IMG/VR virus record: IMGVR_UViG_3300035168_000171
Location: 1-62,152 of that record
Origin: a virus
Taxonomy: Duplodnaviria; Caudoviricetes
Direction: 5' to 3' (one strand)
DNA: 62,152 nucleotides
The position numbers and the translations under genes are program-made. The notes beneath the pieces are model-generated. The model had not been told where the DNA came from. It saw only the letters and a program-made list of their open reading frames with translations, and did not search any database. Of this stretch, positions 45,477 to 54,022 are shown piece after piece (the stretch's first letter is position 1; every line of letters begins with the position of its first letter).

Positions 45477-47681
45477 TTACAGAGGCCCGAGGCTTGCTTC
45501 TCGCGATTCAGCGGCCCCTGCGGGGTAAGATATCGCTGGCGCCAATGGCCCGCCGTCCTCGCGGAGGATCGCGAGCATTGCCTCGACGTCGGGTTGAGCA
45601 TCCGCTGAAACATGATGAACAGCGTGTGTGAGAGCCCGCCCAGCGTCCGGGACACGACCTGCAGCTTGCGCGTAACGGACTACGAGCGCTGTTGCCGGGT
45701 CGTCCATCGTTGGCCGCATCACCTTTCCGTCGACAGGTGGATGATACCAGTGGAGGGCCGGCCCGTCGATCCGGTTGATACCGCCGCCAAGACACCCGGC
45801 TGCCAAATCGAATGCCCGATCTTCGTGTCCCCACTCGACGAATCGTTCGTCGTACCCGCCGAGTTGCTTCCAGAGCGTAAGCGGTATGGCATTCGCACCT
45901 GAGACATGATTCCGACGGCGACGGTTTGTCTTAGCGAGTTGGTGCGCATCGATCTTCTCCATCGATCGTTTCTGCATTTGCCTTGTTGTCGCCGAACTGA
46001 GTCGCGTGTACGTCGTAAAGGCATGCGTCATCTGTCCGGTCACCATCGCAGAACGGGCAGCGTCGTAGATTTGCACATGGGGCACCCATGTGTCAGCATC
46101 AACGAATACCAGAACGTCTGCGTTACCCGCCCACCGAGCCGCGTCATTGCACATCGCCGACCGGCTATCTCCTACCCCCTCGAAGATCGGCAGGTTGGCA
46201 GCCTTCCACCAACGAACGCACCACTCATGAGCATTACGCCGCCATGGTTCATCTGGGTTGTTCCACGGCATGCACAGAGCAATACGAAGTTCGGGCATCA
46301 CGATCGTAGGCGATTCGGGTTTGACTGTCGGACGAATACGCTGTCGCTTCAGATTGGCTGCATGCTGGGCAGGAGTGCCCCAACTGTGGTGCCACTTATG
46401 TTCGAGGAAGACCCAGGGTTGCCCGCCGCTCTGGCCGAGTCGCGCCTTCTCTAGGTAGTGCGCTGGATAGAACGCACCTGGCGGAAGGAGGAGAACATCG
46501 TCACGGCCGGGGAGGATCTCGGTCGTTCCACCCGGACCTGACGCCCATGCATCCTGACCGCCCTCAATCGCCTCACGGGCACGCCCGATCAGATCAAGCC
46601 AGGCTGGGTGCTCTTTGACAGCGCCCATCACGGCGTCGGGTACGACCTTCTCATCTTCCCAAGCGGCGAACGCCTTGCACTGGAGGAGTGGATCAAGCGG
46701 TCGGTATGGTTCGACGTCGCTGTCGACGTATACGCCTCCGTGCGTGTAAATCGCCTCGAGCCGGATGAGACCGGCCTTCTGCGCTCCATTCTGACATCGC
46801 TCGAAGAGATCGCCTGTCATCGGCCAATCAACCGGATCAATCGGCTCACGGTACGTTCTGAGGTCCCAGTCCGGATGGAGTTCTCCGAATTGCTCCCACC
46901 ACCCCTCAACCTGCGCGCTCGTCACTTCAGGGACGGTCCGGTGGAGAATCCGAGGGATCGTACCGACTGCCCGTTCATCGTTGAGATTGAGATTGAGTAG
47001 ACGCTGGAGTCGTTCTGGATTCCACCTGACGGCTTCGTAACGACGCTTGAGTGCCTGATTCCGTATATAGGTGACAGACTTGCGTGACGCTTCGGGGGAT
47101 TCTGGGTGCCAAAGATGGAAGCACTCACCCTGCACATTGTGGATCGGCATGTTGGTCATCGTTTCGCACGCAATGTGAAACCCAGTGTCTTCGAATCCCC
47201 AGCCGACAAATCGCTCATCAAATCCGCCAACCGCGTCCCACGTCGATCGCGACACTGCCACAGCGCAACTCACACTATCGGTGTACGTCCGACGGATCAT
47301 CCTACTGCGGTGCCAGTCGCCGACGTATCCGTCGAGAATCGACATCGTGGCATGTTGACTCATCATATGACGTTTGTCGTGCGCGACAGCGAGTCCGCCT
47401 GTCCTGACGGCGTATTCGATGGCTGTACGAATATCTGCCGGATTACTGACTGTGTCACTGTCAATGATCAATGCCGCGTCCCATCGACCGTCAGCGTCAG
47501 CGTCAGCAAGTACAGATGCGGTATTGATCGCTGCAGATCTGTTGAAGGGGCCTGCATCATGATGACCCTCATAGATGGGCATAGCCGTGTGATGTTCGAG
47601 CCATCGCTTGCGACAGAACTCCCAAAGTCGGTCCCGATGGCCATGATCGAGTCGTCGTGGTACGAGGATGACGATCCTCAC
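45477..47681 (-). CDS. Three-domain glycosyltransferase (GT2-like + DXD/GT32-like + GT2-like)
   Basis: FNRSAAIN/IDSD/GGFDERFVGWGFED; IPRILH/GGVYVDSD; VDAD/GGYDERFVEWGHED. Confidence 0.88.
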   Translation of the reverse strand: MRIVILVPRRLDHGHRDRLWEFCRKRWLEHHTAMPIYEGHHDAGPFNRSAAINTASVLADADADGRWDAALIIDSDTVSNPADIRTAIEYAVRTGGLAVAHDKRHMMSQHATMSILDGYVGDWHRSRMIRRTYTDSVSCAVAVSRSTWDAVGGFDERFVGWGFEDTGFHIACETMTNMPIHNVQGECFHLWHPESPEASRKSVTYIRNQALKRRYEAVRWNPERLQRLLNLNLNDERAVGTIPRILHRTVPEVTSAQVEGWWEQFGELHPDWDLRTYREPIDPVDWPMTGDLFERCQNGAQKAGLIRLEAIYTHGGVYVDSDVEPYRPLDPLLQCKAFAAWEDEKVVPDAVMGAVKEHPAWLDLIGRAREAIEGGQDAWASGPGGTTEILPGRDDVLLLPPGAFYPAHYLEKARLGQSGGQPWVFLEHKWHHSWGTPAQHAANLKRQRIRPTVKPESPTIVMPELRIALCMPWNNPDEPWRRNAHEWCVRWWKAANLPIFEGVGDSRSAMCNDAARWAGNADVLVFVDADTWVPHVQIYDAARSAMVTGQMTHAFTTYTRLSSATTRQMQKRSMEKIDAHQLAKTNRRRRNHVSGANAIPLTLWKQLGGYDERFVEWGHEDRAFDLAAGCLGGGINRIDGPALHWYHPPVDGKVMRPTMDDPATALVVRYAQAAGRVPDAGRALTHAVHHVSADAQPDVEAMLAILREDGGPLAPAISYPAGAAESREASLGPL

Positions 47682-48271
47682 GACGGAGCTGTCCACTCGC
47701 AGATCGCGACGGCATTCGCCCACGGACCGTATTCGCTAACAACCGGAAACTCATCCTGCAACCACCCATCGCCGCATCGACTGATGGTGCATGATCGCGT
47801 GAAATCCATGAGACCGCGATTGACCATATCATCGAGACTGCTATCAACGCCAGTCGGGAACGTCACAAGCAACTTCCCGCCAGGACGGGTGAGTCCTTTC
47901 AGTACGCCTACCGCAGCAGTACCCGCGCCTGTGTGTTCGATCGTCGAAATCGAACAGACCCACGGGTACGTGATCTTGCCACCGCGAGGCAATGGCTGAA
48001 GATTGAGCAAATCTGCTTCGATCACCTGCTGTCGTTGGTACCAAGCCGACTTCTCATACAGATCGATGACATTGTGCCGCCGTCGATCATAATGGCCGAG
48101 TACGTTGCCGACCTCGAGGCCGCGGTGGATCATGTTTGCAGGGATCTGAGTCTCGAGCCACCAGTGCGCGATCGCAACCTCGACCATCCGTTCATTCAGG
48201 TGCGTGAGGTTGTACATGTGAAGGAAGTACGGAAGGATCTCATCATGATACTCGAACTCGGTGTCAGACAT
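47678..48271 (-). CDS. SAM-dependent methyltransferase-like protein
   Basis: NERMVE, LEVGN, SISTIEHTG, PGGKLLVTFP. Confidence 0.7.
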   Translation of the reverse strand: MSDTEFEYHDEILPYFLHMYNLTHLNERMVEVAIAHWWLETQIPANMIHRGLEVGNVLGHYDRRRHNVIDLYEKSAWYQRQQVIEADLLNLQPLPRGGKITYPWVCSISTIEHTGAGTAAVGVLKGLTRPGGKLLVTFPTGVDSSLDDMVNRGLMDFTRSCTISRCGDGWLQDEFPVVSEYGPWANAVAICEWTAPS

Positions 48272-48920
48272 ACGGACTCCTTCTCGGCAGGATATCTTCG
48301 ATGAACTCCTTGAGTGATGCGAGACTCATCGGCGAGGACGACAGGAATGGCCCATCCGGGATAGCACCTCGAGCGTTACGCACTTTCGCATTGTGCGTCC
48401 GCTCTCCTCCGATACGGCATATGTTGCCGTACCATGTTCGCCATTTGATACCGCCAGGCGAGAGTTCAAACGCTTTGAAGACATCATCACGAATGATTGG
48501 CAATGGGACGTGTGTCCCGTCGTATGTGAGTGCATCTGGCATGTCGAGTGCAGCGATCGTCTTCTTGAATCGCTTCCCGATCTGATCACTCGGATGATAA
48601 TCAGCAGCTGGCCCGCCGTGAAGGATCGGCACCCGCTCGAGAGGCACCATGACGTAGAAGTCATCGTTGAAGTACACGCATTCGTCTGCGATGTCTGGAT
48701 CGTGAAGTGCCCCCTTGAGATTTGCCTCAATTGAGTCGAACTTACTCCGAGAGAGTCGGGGGACTGGCGCATGTACGACGTTCTTCACCCAGGTGGGGCA
48801 CGAACCGCCGATGATGACTCGACGATGCGGCAGATTCCCGAGTGAGCGGAGTGAGTATCTCAGCGCGTTATTCCGCTCGCCAGGCTTGACGACGTACACG
48901 ATGTCTGGCAGGTCGTCCAC
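48264..48920 (-). CDS. Stealth-family-like sugar-phosphate transferase
   Basis: DIVY, LRYSLRSL, SIE, YFNDDFY, THVP. Confidence 0.72.
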   Translation of the reverse strand: MDDLPDIVYVVKPGERNNALRYSLRSLGNLPHRRVIIGGSCPTWVKNVVHAPVPRLSRSKFDSIEANLKGALHDPDIADECVYFNDDFYVMVPLERVPILHGGPAADYHPSDQIGKRFKKTIAALDMPDALTYDGTHVPLPIIRDDVFKAFELSPGGIKWRTWYGNICRIGGERTHNAKVRNARGAIPDGPFLSSSPMSLASLKEFIEDILPRRSPYV

Positions 48921-48926
48921 CATGAC

Positions 48927-48935
48927 ATTGTACCA
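48927..48935 (-). promoter_or_regulatory. Extended -10 promoter for the glycosylation cassette
   Basis: TGG-TACAAT-6nt-GTG; weak -35. Confidence 0.55.
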
Positions 48936-48945
48936 TAACCCTATT

Positions 48946-48979
48946 GGCGGGTGCCCCCGCTCGCGAAGGGACACCCGCC
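48946..48979 (-). terminator. Hairpin after the major tail gene
   Basis: GGCGGGUGUCCC/GGGGCACCCGCC 12-bp stem with one G-U pair. Confidence 0.6.
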
Positions 48980-49010
48980 GGAGGGTCAGGCGGCGAAGCC
49001 TGACGCCGGT

Positions 49011-49715
49011 TCAGCTACTGCCAACGAGCGGCAGGCAGCCGCAGAACGCATCTGGCGCCGGGATGGACGTCCACTGCAGATGCGCGTGCGCGTCGCTGGG
49101 AAGCGGATCGATCAGCGGGCCGGCGACATTCGCGACGTCCTGCGCGACGACATCGTACGGGCCGGAGAGCCAGGCACCGTTACCCTTGGTGTAGCCGGCG
49201 ACAGTAAAGTTGATCGCGTCGTTGGCGATGGTGAAGTCGCCAAGCGGTCCCGCGATGACGTACGGGAAGAGGACGTATCCGAGGCTATCGACCGGATTGA
49301 CCGAGTCAGGCGGGCAGTCAACGCCGGGAACACCCATCCAAACCTCAAGCGCGTACCCGCCAACCTTGACGCCTTCGAGCGTTTGGAAGCCGACAATGGT
49401 CAACCCGTCGTAGTCGTAGACGGGGTTGGAGTGCGTCACGAGACTCATCAGCGACGGATCGACTTCGCAGAATTCGATCGAGAGCGTGTGGTTGGTGAAG
49501 ACATCCGGCGCCCGGAGCTGGTAACACAGCTCGCCTGCGGCGTTCAACGGTCGGATGCTCGTTCCAGTGATGGTCTCACTGCCGACCGAGACTTGGACGA
49601 ATCCGCTCGATACGACACGAGCGCAGTCATCGTCCTCGATCGGGGCACCGCAGGCATCGACTGCAGTGACTCTGAGGCGACGGCCCTGGGCGAAGGGGAA
49701 ACACTGTGCGGGCAT
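49011..49715 (-). CDS. Major tail protein
   Basis: GRRLRVTAVDACG...NAAGELC...FCEVDP...GPYDV, actinophage type. Confidence 0.85.
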   Translation of the reverse strand: MPAQCFPFAQGRRLRVTAVDACGAPIEDDDCARVVSSGFVQVSVGSETITGTSIRPLNAAGELCYQLRAPDVFTNHTLSIEFCEVDPSLMSLVTHSNPVYDYDGLTIVGFQTLEGVKVGGYALEVWMGVPGVDCPPDSVNPVDSLGYVLFPYVIAGPLGDFTIANDAINFTVAGYTKGNGAWLSGPYDVVAQDVANVAGPLIDPLPSDAHAHLQWTSIPAPDAFCGCLPLVGSS

Positions 49716-49716
49716 G

Positions 49717-50496
49717 TCAGGAGCCTCCGGTGCATACTGTAACGGGGAAGGTTACGGTCAGGTTCAGGCAGGGATCGAACACGGCAAGCGCCAATCTCTG
49801 CGCGTACGCGGCGTCTGTGTTCTGGCGCCACTTCATCGGCGGAAGACCGGTGACACCATCAACGAGGGGGTAAGCAGTAGTGACACCAGCGAATACCGGT
49901 CCGGTCGCCCAGAGACTCACCTCATCGACTTCCGGCACGGGATAACCAGGACTGATGATGATCGGAATTCTAGCAGGACTGAGTCCATTGTCGTCGATGA
50001 GGTCCTGCGAACGAAGGTAGGCAGCTGCCCGGAATGGTACATGAATGACGGCGTCCGCTCCGAAACCGACATCAGCGATTGCCTGCTCGAGACATGACAT
50101 CGCGTCAACAGCCGCAGTGCCAGCCGTGATCAGATCAGCATCGGCTAGTGCCGGGTTGGTAGTGCCAGCACCCGTCGCGAGCAGACGCCCTAGTGCCCAC
50201 TCAGTTGTGGACTCGAGACGATCGGCCGCGATGTCGGTATGACCCAACTTCGACAGCGTGGAACACGCCGATGACTGCTGGACGAAGATCGGCTCGAAGA
50301 AGACGCCTTCTCCAGGACGAATTTCAGTCCGGTCGGTGACGACACAGGGAAGATGGAACTCGGGCTCTTGGCACCCTGTACCGAGGAACCCGACACCATT
50401 CTCCCAGCCGTCCGGGAGCGGAAGGGCCTGGGCGAGAATTCCGCCAGGCAAGCGCCTTCCGCTGCCGAGATCGACCGGCTCATGAAGCATCGTCAT
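49717..50496 (-). CDS. Second capsid-type protein (pentamer-like / minor capsid)
   Basis: Follows the capsid gene; WENGV, PGYP, WATGPV. Confidence 0.65.
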   Translation of the reverse strand: MTMLHEPVDLGSGRRLPGGILAQALPLPDGWENGVGFLGTGCQEPEFHLPCVVTDRTEIRPGEGVFFEPIFVQQSSACSTLSKLGHTDIAADRLESTTEWALGRLLATGAGTTNPALADADLITAGTAAVDAMSCLEQAIADVGFGADAVIHVPFRAAAYLRSQDLIDDNGLSPARIPIIISPGYPVPEVDEVSLWATGPVFAGVTTAYPLVDGVTGLPPMKWRQNTDAAYAQRLALAVFDPCLNLTVTFPVTVCTGGS

Positions 50497-52181
50497 GCGG
50501 ACTCGTCACATCCGGGGGCGTTCATGCAGATCCCGACGGGGATGTTCAGTCGCTTGGCGTTGCATCCGCGAGCGAGGACTGCACCGAAGTCTTCGGCGAA
50601 GGCACCGACGGCGTTCTGACGGGCGAGGTCCATGTCGCGGATCTCAACGCCCATATTGAAGCCGCCGCCCTCGAGGTATGAGTAGTACCCCTCGGGTGCG
50701 AGGATCGTGCTGGCCAGCGCCGGATAGTCGGCCAGGGGACCGTCTTCCTGCACTCCTGGCTCGATCGGATCGGTGTCGATCGACCAGGTGAGGTTGGTGT
50801 TGGCCTGGGCAGCGACCGACGCGATCATGCTGTCGACGACCGTGGGGTCCTGAACGTCGACGAGGCGCCGGTTGATCAGGTCGTTGTGGATTGCTCCACG
50901 CATCCAGCCGGGGAGCCACTGGTGAAGTTGGACGTCGGTGTAGCGCTGATCCTGACGGATGGTGTCCGAAGCGAGGCGAAGGCCGGTTGCCCAAGTCGTG
51001 AAGACCGAACCGGTCGCCTCGACGGTGTGCGTGGAGCTGACACCAGCGATCATCTGCGTCCAGGTCTTCAACTCGGCAAGCCGAGCCTGCAGGGCGAGGG
51101 TCGCCTGCAGGATTGCCACCCACTGTTCGGTGGCGAAGCGCCGCTGGAACTCACCGATGGTCAGGCACCGGTAGATCGCGTCGACGATGGTCGTGTCCGC
51201 CTCCGGACATTCGATGAAGGCGCATTCCTTCCACGTCTCGGGATCTTCCGGATCGACGGCTTCGTCCTGCGAGCAGAGCCACGTCCAGACGCCGTCATCC
51301 GGGAGACAAACGGCCGGGAAGTAGGTGACCGCTCCGGTGCTCTGGACGCCGATGGTCGGGAGTGAGTTGCGAATCGGCGTATCCGTCGAACTCAGAACGT
51401 TCTGCGAACGGATGGGCGTCGGAAGCGAGCAACAACCGCCAGCAGCAGCAACGGCCTCCGGGCCAGTAAGGCTGTCGAGGAGTCGAGTGTTCCCTTCGGG
51501 CGTACCGGGCAGGATGAAACCCTCATCCATGTGATTCTCGAACTGGATGATCTCGGTTCGACCCTTCGACGGCGAACGGACGAAGCGCCGGAATGCATCC
51601 GCCGCTTCGTAAAGGGTCGGGGCTGTGGTGACCTCGTGCCCAAGGATGTAGATCGAAGCACCGCCAGCACCGGCTGCGATCGCCTCAGGTGCGGGGGCCG
51701 GCGGGCGGACCCGAACTCGAGCGGCGGCTTCGCGGAGTGACAGCGTCCGAGCGGCGGGCGTCCGAGCGACTGCGGCGGCGACCGGAATCTGCTCAGGCTC
51801 GGCACCGACGGCGGGCGGAGGGAGTTCGACGACGGGCGCGACTTCACCTTCGACGGGCGGAACTTCTTCCGCCTCTTCACCTTCGACAGGCGGAACCTCT
51901 TCAGGCTCTTCCGGCGCATCCGGATCCTCGACCTCGGCGACGAGTTCGGCGACCTGCTCCGCGAGAGCGGCGGCCTCGGCCTCGGCCTCGGTGAGGGCAG
52001 TGCCCGCCGAACTGAACGCGGAGCGGAGTGTGGTCAGGACCTCGAGGTCCGGAGTCTCACTCCGCGCCTCGGCGTGAATCGCCCTGGCGAGTTCGGTCCG
52101 AGCGGTCGTCAACTCGTCGATCGTTGGGCGATTGTCGCCGCCGATCCTTTCGATGATCGCGAGAATCGCTTCGAGGTCCAT
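50493..52181 (-). CDS. Major capsid protein with N-terminal scaffold-like region
   Basis: Coiled/acidic N-terminus; AAGGCCSLP, K.C..I.CP, LGVEIRD-like motif, AFAEDF. Confidence 0.85.
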   Translation of the reverse strand: MDLEAILAIIERIGGDNRPTIDELTTARTELARAIHAEARSETPDLEVLTTLRSAFSSAGTALTEAEAEAAALAEQVAELVAEVEDPDAPEEPEEVPPVEGEEAEEVPPVEGEVAPVVELPPPAVGAEPEQIPVAAAVARTPAARTLSLREAAARVRVRPPAPAPEAIAAGAGGASIYILGHEVTTAPTLYEAADAFRRFVRSPSKGRTEIIQFENHMDEGFILPGTPEGNTRLLDSLTGPEAVAAAGGCCSLPTPIRSQNVLSSTDTPIRNSLPTIGVQSTGAVTYFPAVCLPDDGVWTWLCSQDEAVDPEDPETWKECAFIECPEADTTIVDAIYRCLTIGEFQRRFATEQWVAILQATLALQARLAELKTWTQMIAGVSSTHTVEATGSVFTTWATGLRLASDTIRQDQRYTDVQLHQWLPGWMRGAIHNDLINRRLVDVQDPTVVDSMIASVAAQANTNLTWSIDTDPIEPGVQEDGPLADYPALASTILAPEGYYSYLEGGGFNMGVEIRDMDLARQNAVGAFAEDFGAVLARGCNAKRLNIPVGICMNAPGCDESA

Positions 52182-52283
52182 TTGATCCGTCTCCTCAGTC
52201 GCTGTAGTTCTGTGGGTGCCGCGCTATGCGCTGCGGCCCTCCGACTGCGCTATGCGACTGCGCGGTGGACCTATCTGGTGCGG

Positions 52284-52312
52284 ACTGTAGCAGGCCGCTG
52301 TGCCTTTGTAAA
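52284..52312 (-). promoter_or_regulatory. Capsid operon promoter
   Basis: TTTACA-N17-TACAGT with TGn extension. Confidence 0.6.
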
Positions 52313-52314
52313 CC

Positions 52315-52659
52315 TCAGTCGGAATTCGATGGGTTCTTGAACAACTTCGGCTTGGTGGCAGAATCGTTGCCGTCGAGTGCCTTCTTGAACTCATTGACGA
52401 CGGTAGCAGATGCTCCGTACGTGAGACCGATGAACAGCAATGACAGCCCGCTAGCGGCATTGAAGGGGACGTCGGTGCCTGGAATTGGGATACCGCTGAA
52501 GTCGGTCTCGGCGAACAGGAACACGCCGATTACGCCGGCAGCCCACACCGACAACTGAGTCAGTGCACTACCCCATTGAGTGTTCTTGAGGTAGGCGAAG
52601 AAGTTGATGACGGTGATGATCAGCGACGTAAGAAGCGCTGCTGGGAGGATTACTTCCAA
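52315..52659 (-). CDS. Holin-like three-TM protein
   Basis: Three hydrophobic segments; charged C-terminus. Confidence 0.55.
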   Translation of the reverse strand: MEVILPAALLTSLIITVINFFAYLKNTQWGSALTQLSVWAAGVIGVFLFAETDFSGIPIPGTDVPFNAASGLSLLFIGLTYGASATVVNEFKKALDGNDSATKPKLFKNPSNSD

Positions 52660-52684
52660 TGGATTCTCCTAACGTAAGGTGCAA

Positions 52685-54022
52685 TTACTCTTGCACTTCT
52701 TGCGACCGCAGGTGCGCAGCGTACATCTCTCCGAGAGCGAACTCCATACGGCGAAGTCGCTCACCGACGTCATCGCTCACGAGTTCAGCATCATGCCAAG
52801 TGCCACATCCCTCGCCGACGACAGATGCTGATGCAGCCAGGCCGCCCGTGTATTCCTGGTACGTCATCCAGCCCTTCGGGAATCCGCCGACATTCACGGC
52901 TGGCAAACCGACGAGCGTCGCACGACTCCGTGTCCCGTTGACCGGATACTCCCAGTGTCCCGAAACATCACTTGCTTCAAAGGCGTAGATCTGTTCCTTT
53001 GTCGCACCAGGCCGGATCATTCCCGAGAACCATACCCCGTAGCGGTCCAGGCCAACCCGAACATCCGCAACTGCGTGTCCAGTGTTGTCATAGAACTGAG
53101 TCGCCTCGAGGACGCCGATCCCGGTCTGACAGTGACCACCACTGACGCAAATCACGCCAGTACGAAGGCCGCCGGCAGCAGGTGCCCGCCCGCGCATGAA
53201 TCCTTGGAGATCGCCATCAGGCGGGTTGACGCACTTATCAGGGCGCCCCCGGAGGCAGATGCCCTGCGGTGTGATGTGTCCATACGCGTGACTGTCGTCA
53301 GTCACCGTCGTCGGGCAGCTCCAGATGCTCCGGTCCGGGTCGTACCGCAGGCGTGCGTCAGTCGTGAAATCGCCAAACTTCGGGTCCTGGAACATCCACT
53401 CATGACCGGTCCAGTCACCCGACATCGCCGATGCAGCAATGGCGCCTGTCGCGATAGCGAGTTCGCCCGACGCGGCGAGACCGAATCGTTCACCGTCGAC
53501 CATGCAGATCGCGGCAGTGTCGACGATCGCGAGATGCCGGACCCGAGCGGACGTCGTAACGTACAGGACGTCATCCGCTGCGAATCGGGCCACCACAATC
53601 CGTTCACCGTCACTAGATTCCTCGAGCTGCGGCGGATCGATGCTCGCTTCCTGGACTGCACCAACCTCGATGAGTTCGCGCTTGACTCGTACCTCGACGT
53701 CTTCGCTATCCAAGCGGAGTGACACGCCGACGGCACCCTGCTCGAGGACCTCACGTGCCCGATCGACCAGTGCTTGAAACTCTTCAACGTCGCTGTCCTC
53801 GACGTATCCGTCACCCCAGATCACGCCATTGGACCGGCGGGTGATGCTCTCAATGGCACCGAGTACAGACCCGGAGTGATCGCCATCTTCAGAATCCCAG
53901 ACGATCGGAACCGGCAACACGCCGTCCCACGTGAGCGAATTGTGCTCAAGCAGACGACCATCTCCGGTCGGTTCACCTTCGACCGCTAGCGGCCCTGCAA
54001 CGGGTGTCCGTCTCCGTACCAT
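52685..54022 (-). CDS. Capsid maturation protease
   Basis: EGEPTGDGR, YGHI, YDNTG.AVADV, SGHW, VNVGGFP; lies between portal and capsid. Confidence 0.82.
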   Translation of the reverse strand: MVRRRTPVAGPLAVEGEPTGDGRLLEHNSLTWDGVLPVPIVWDSEDGDHSGSVLGAIESITRRSNGVIWGDGYVEDSDVEEFQALVDRAREVLEQGAVGVSLRLDSEDVEVRVKRELIEVGAVQEASIDPPQLEESSDGERIVVARFAADDVLYVTTSARVRHLAIVDTAAICMVDGERFGLAASGELAIATGAIAASAMSGDWTGHEWMFQDPKFGDFTTDARLRYDPDRSIWSCPTTVTDDSHAYGHITPQGICLRGRPDKCVNPPDGDLQGFMRGRAPAAGGLRTGVICVSGGHCQTGIGVLEATQFYDNTGHAVADVRVGLDRYGVWFSGMIRPGATKEQIYAFEASDVSGHWEYPVNGTRSRATLVGLPAVNVGGFPKGWMTYQEYTGGLAASASVVGEGCGTWHDAELVSDDVGERLRRMEFALGEMYAAHLRSQEVQE

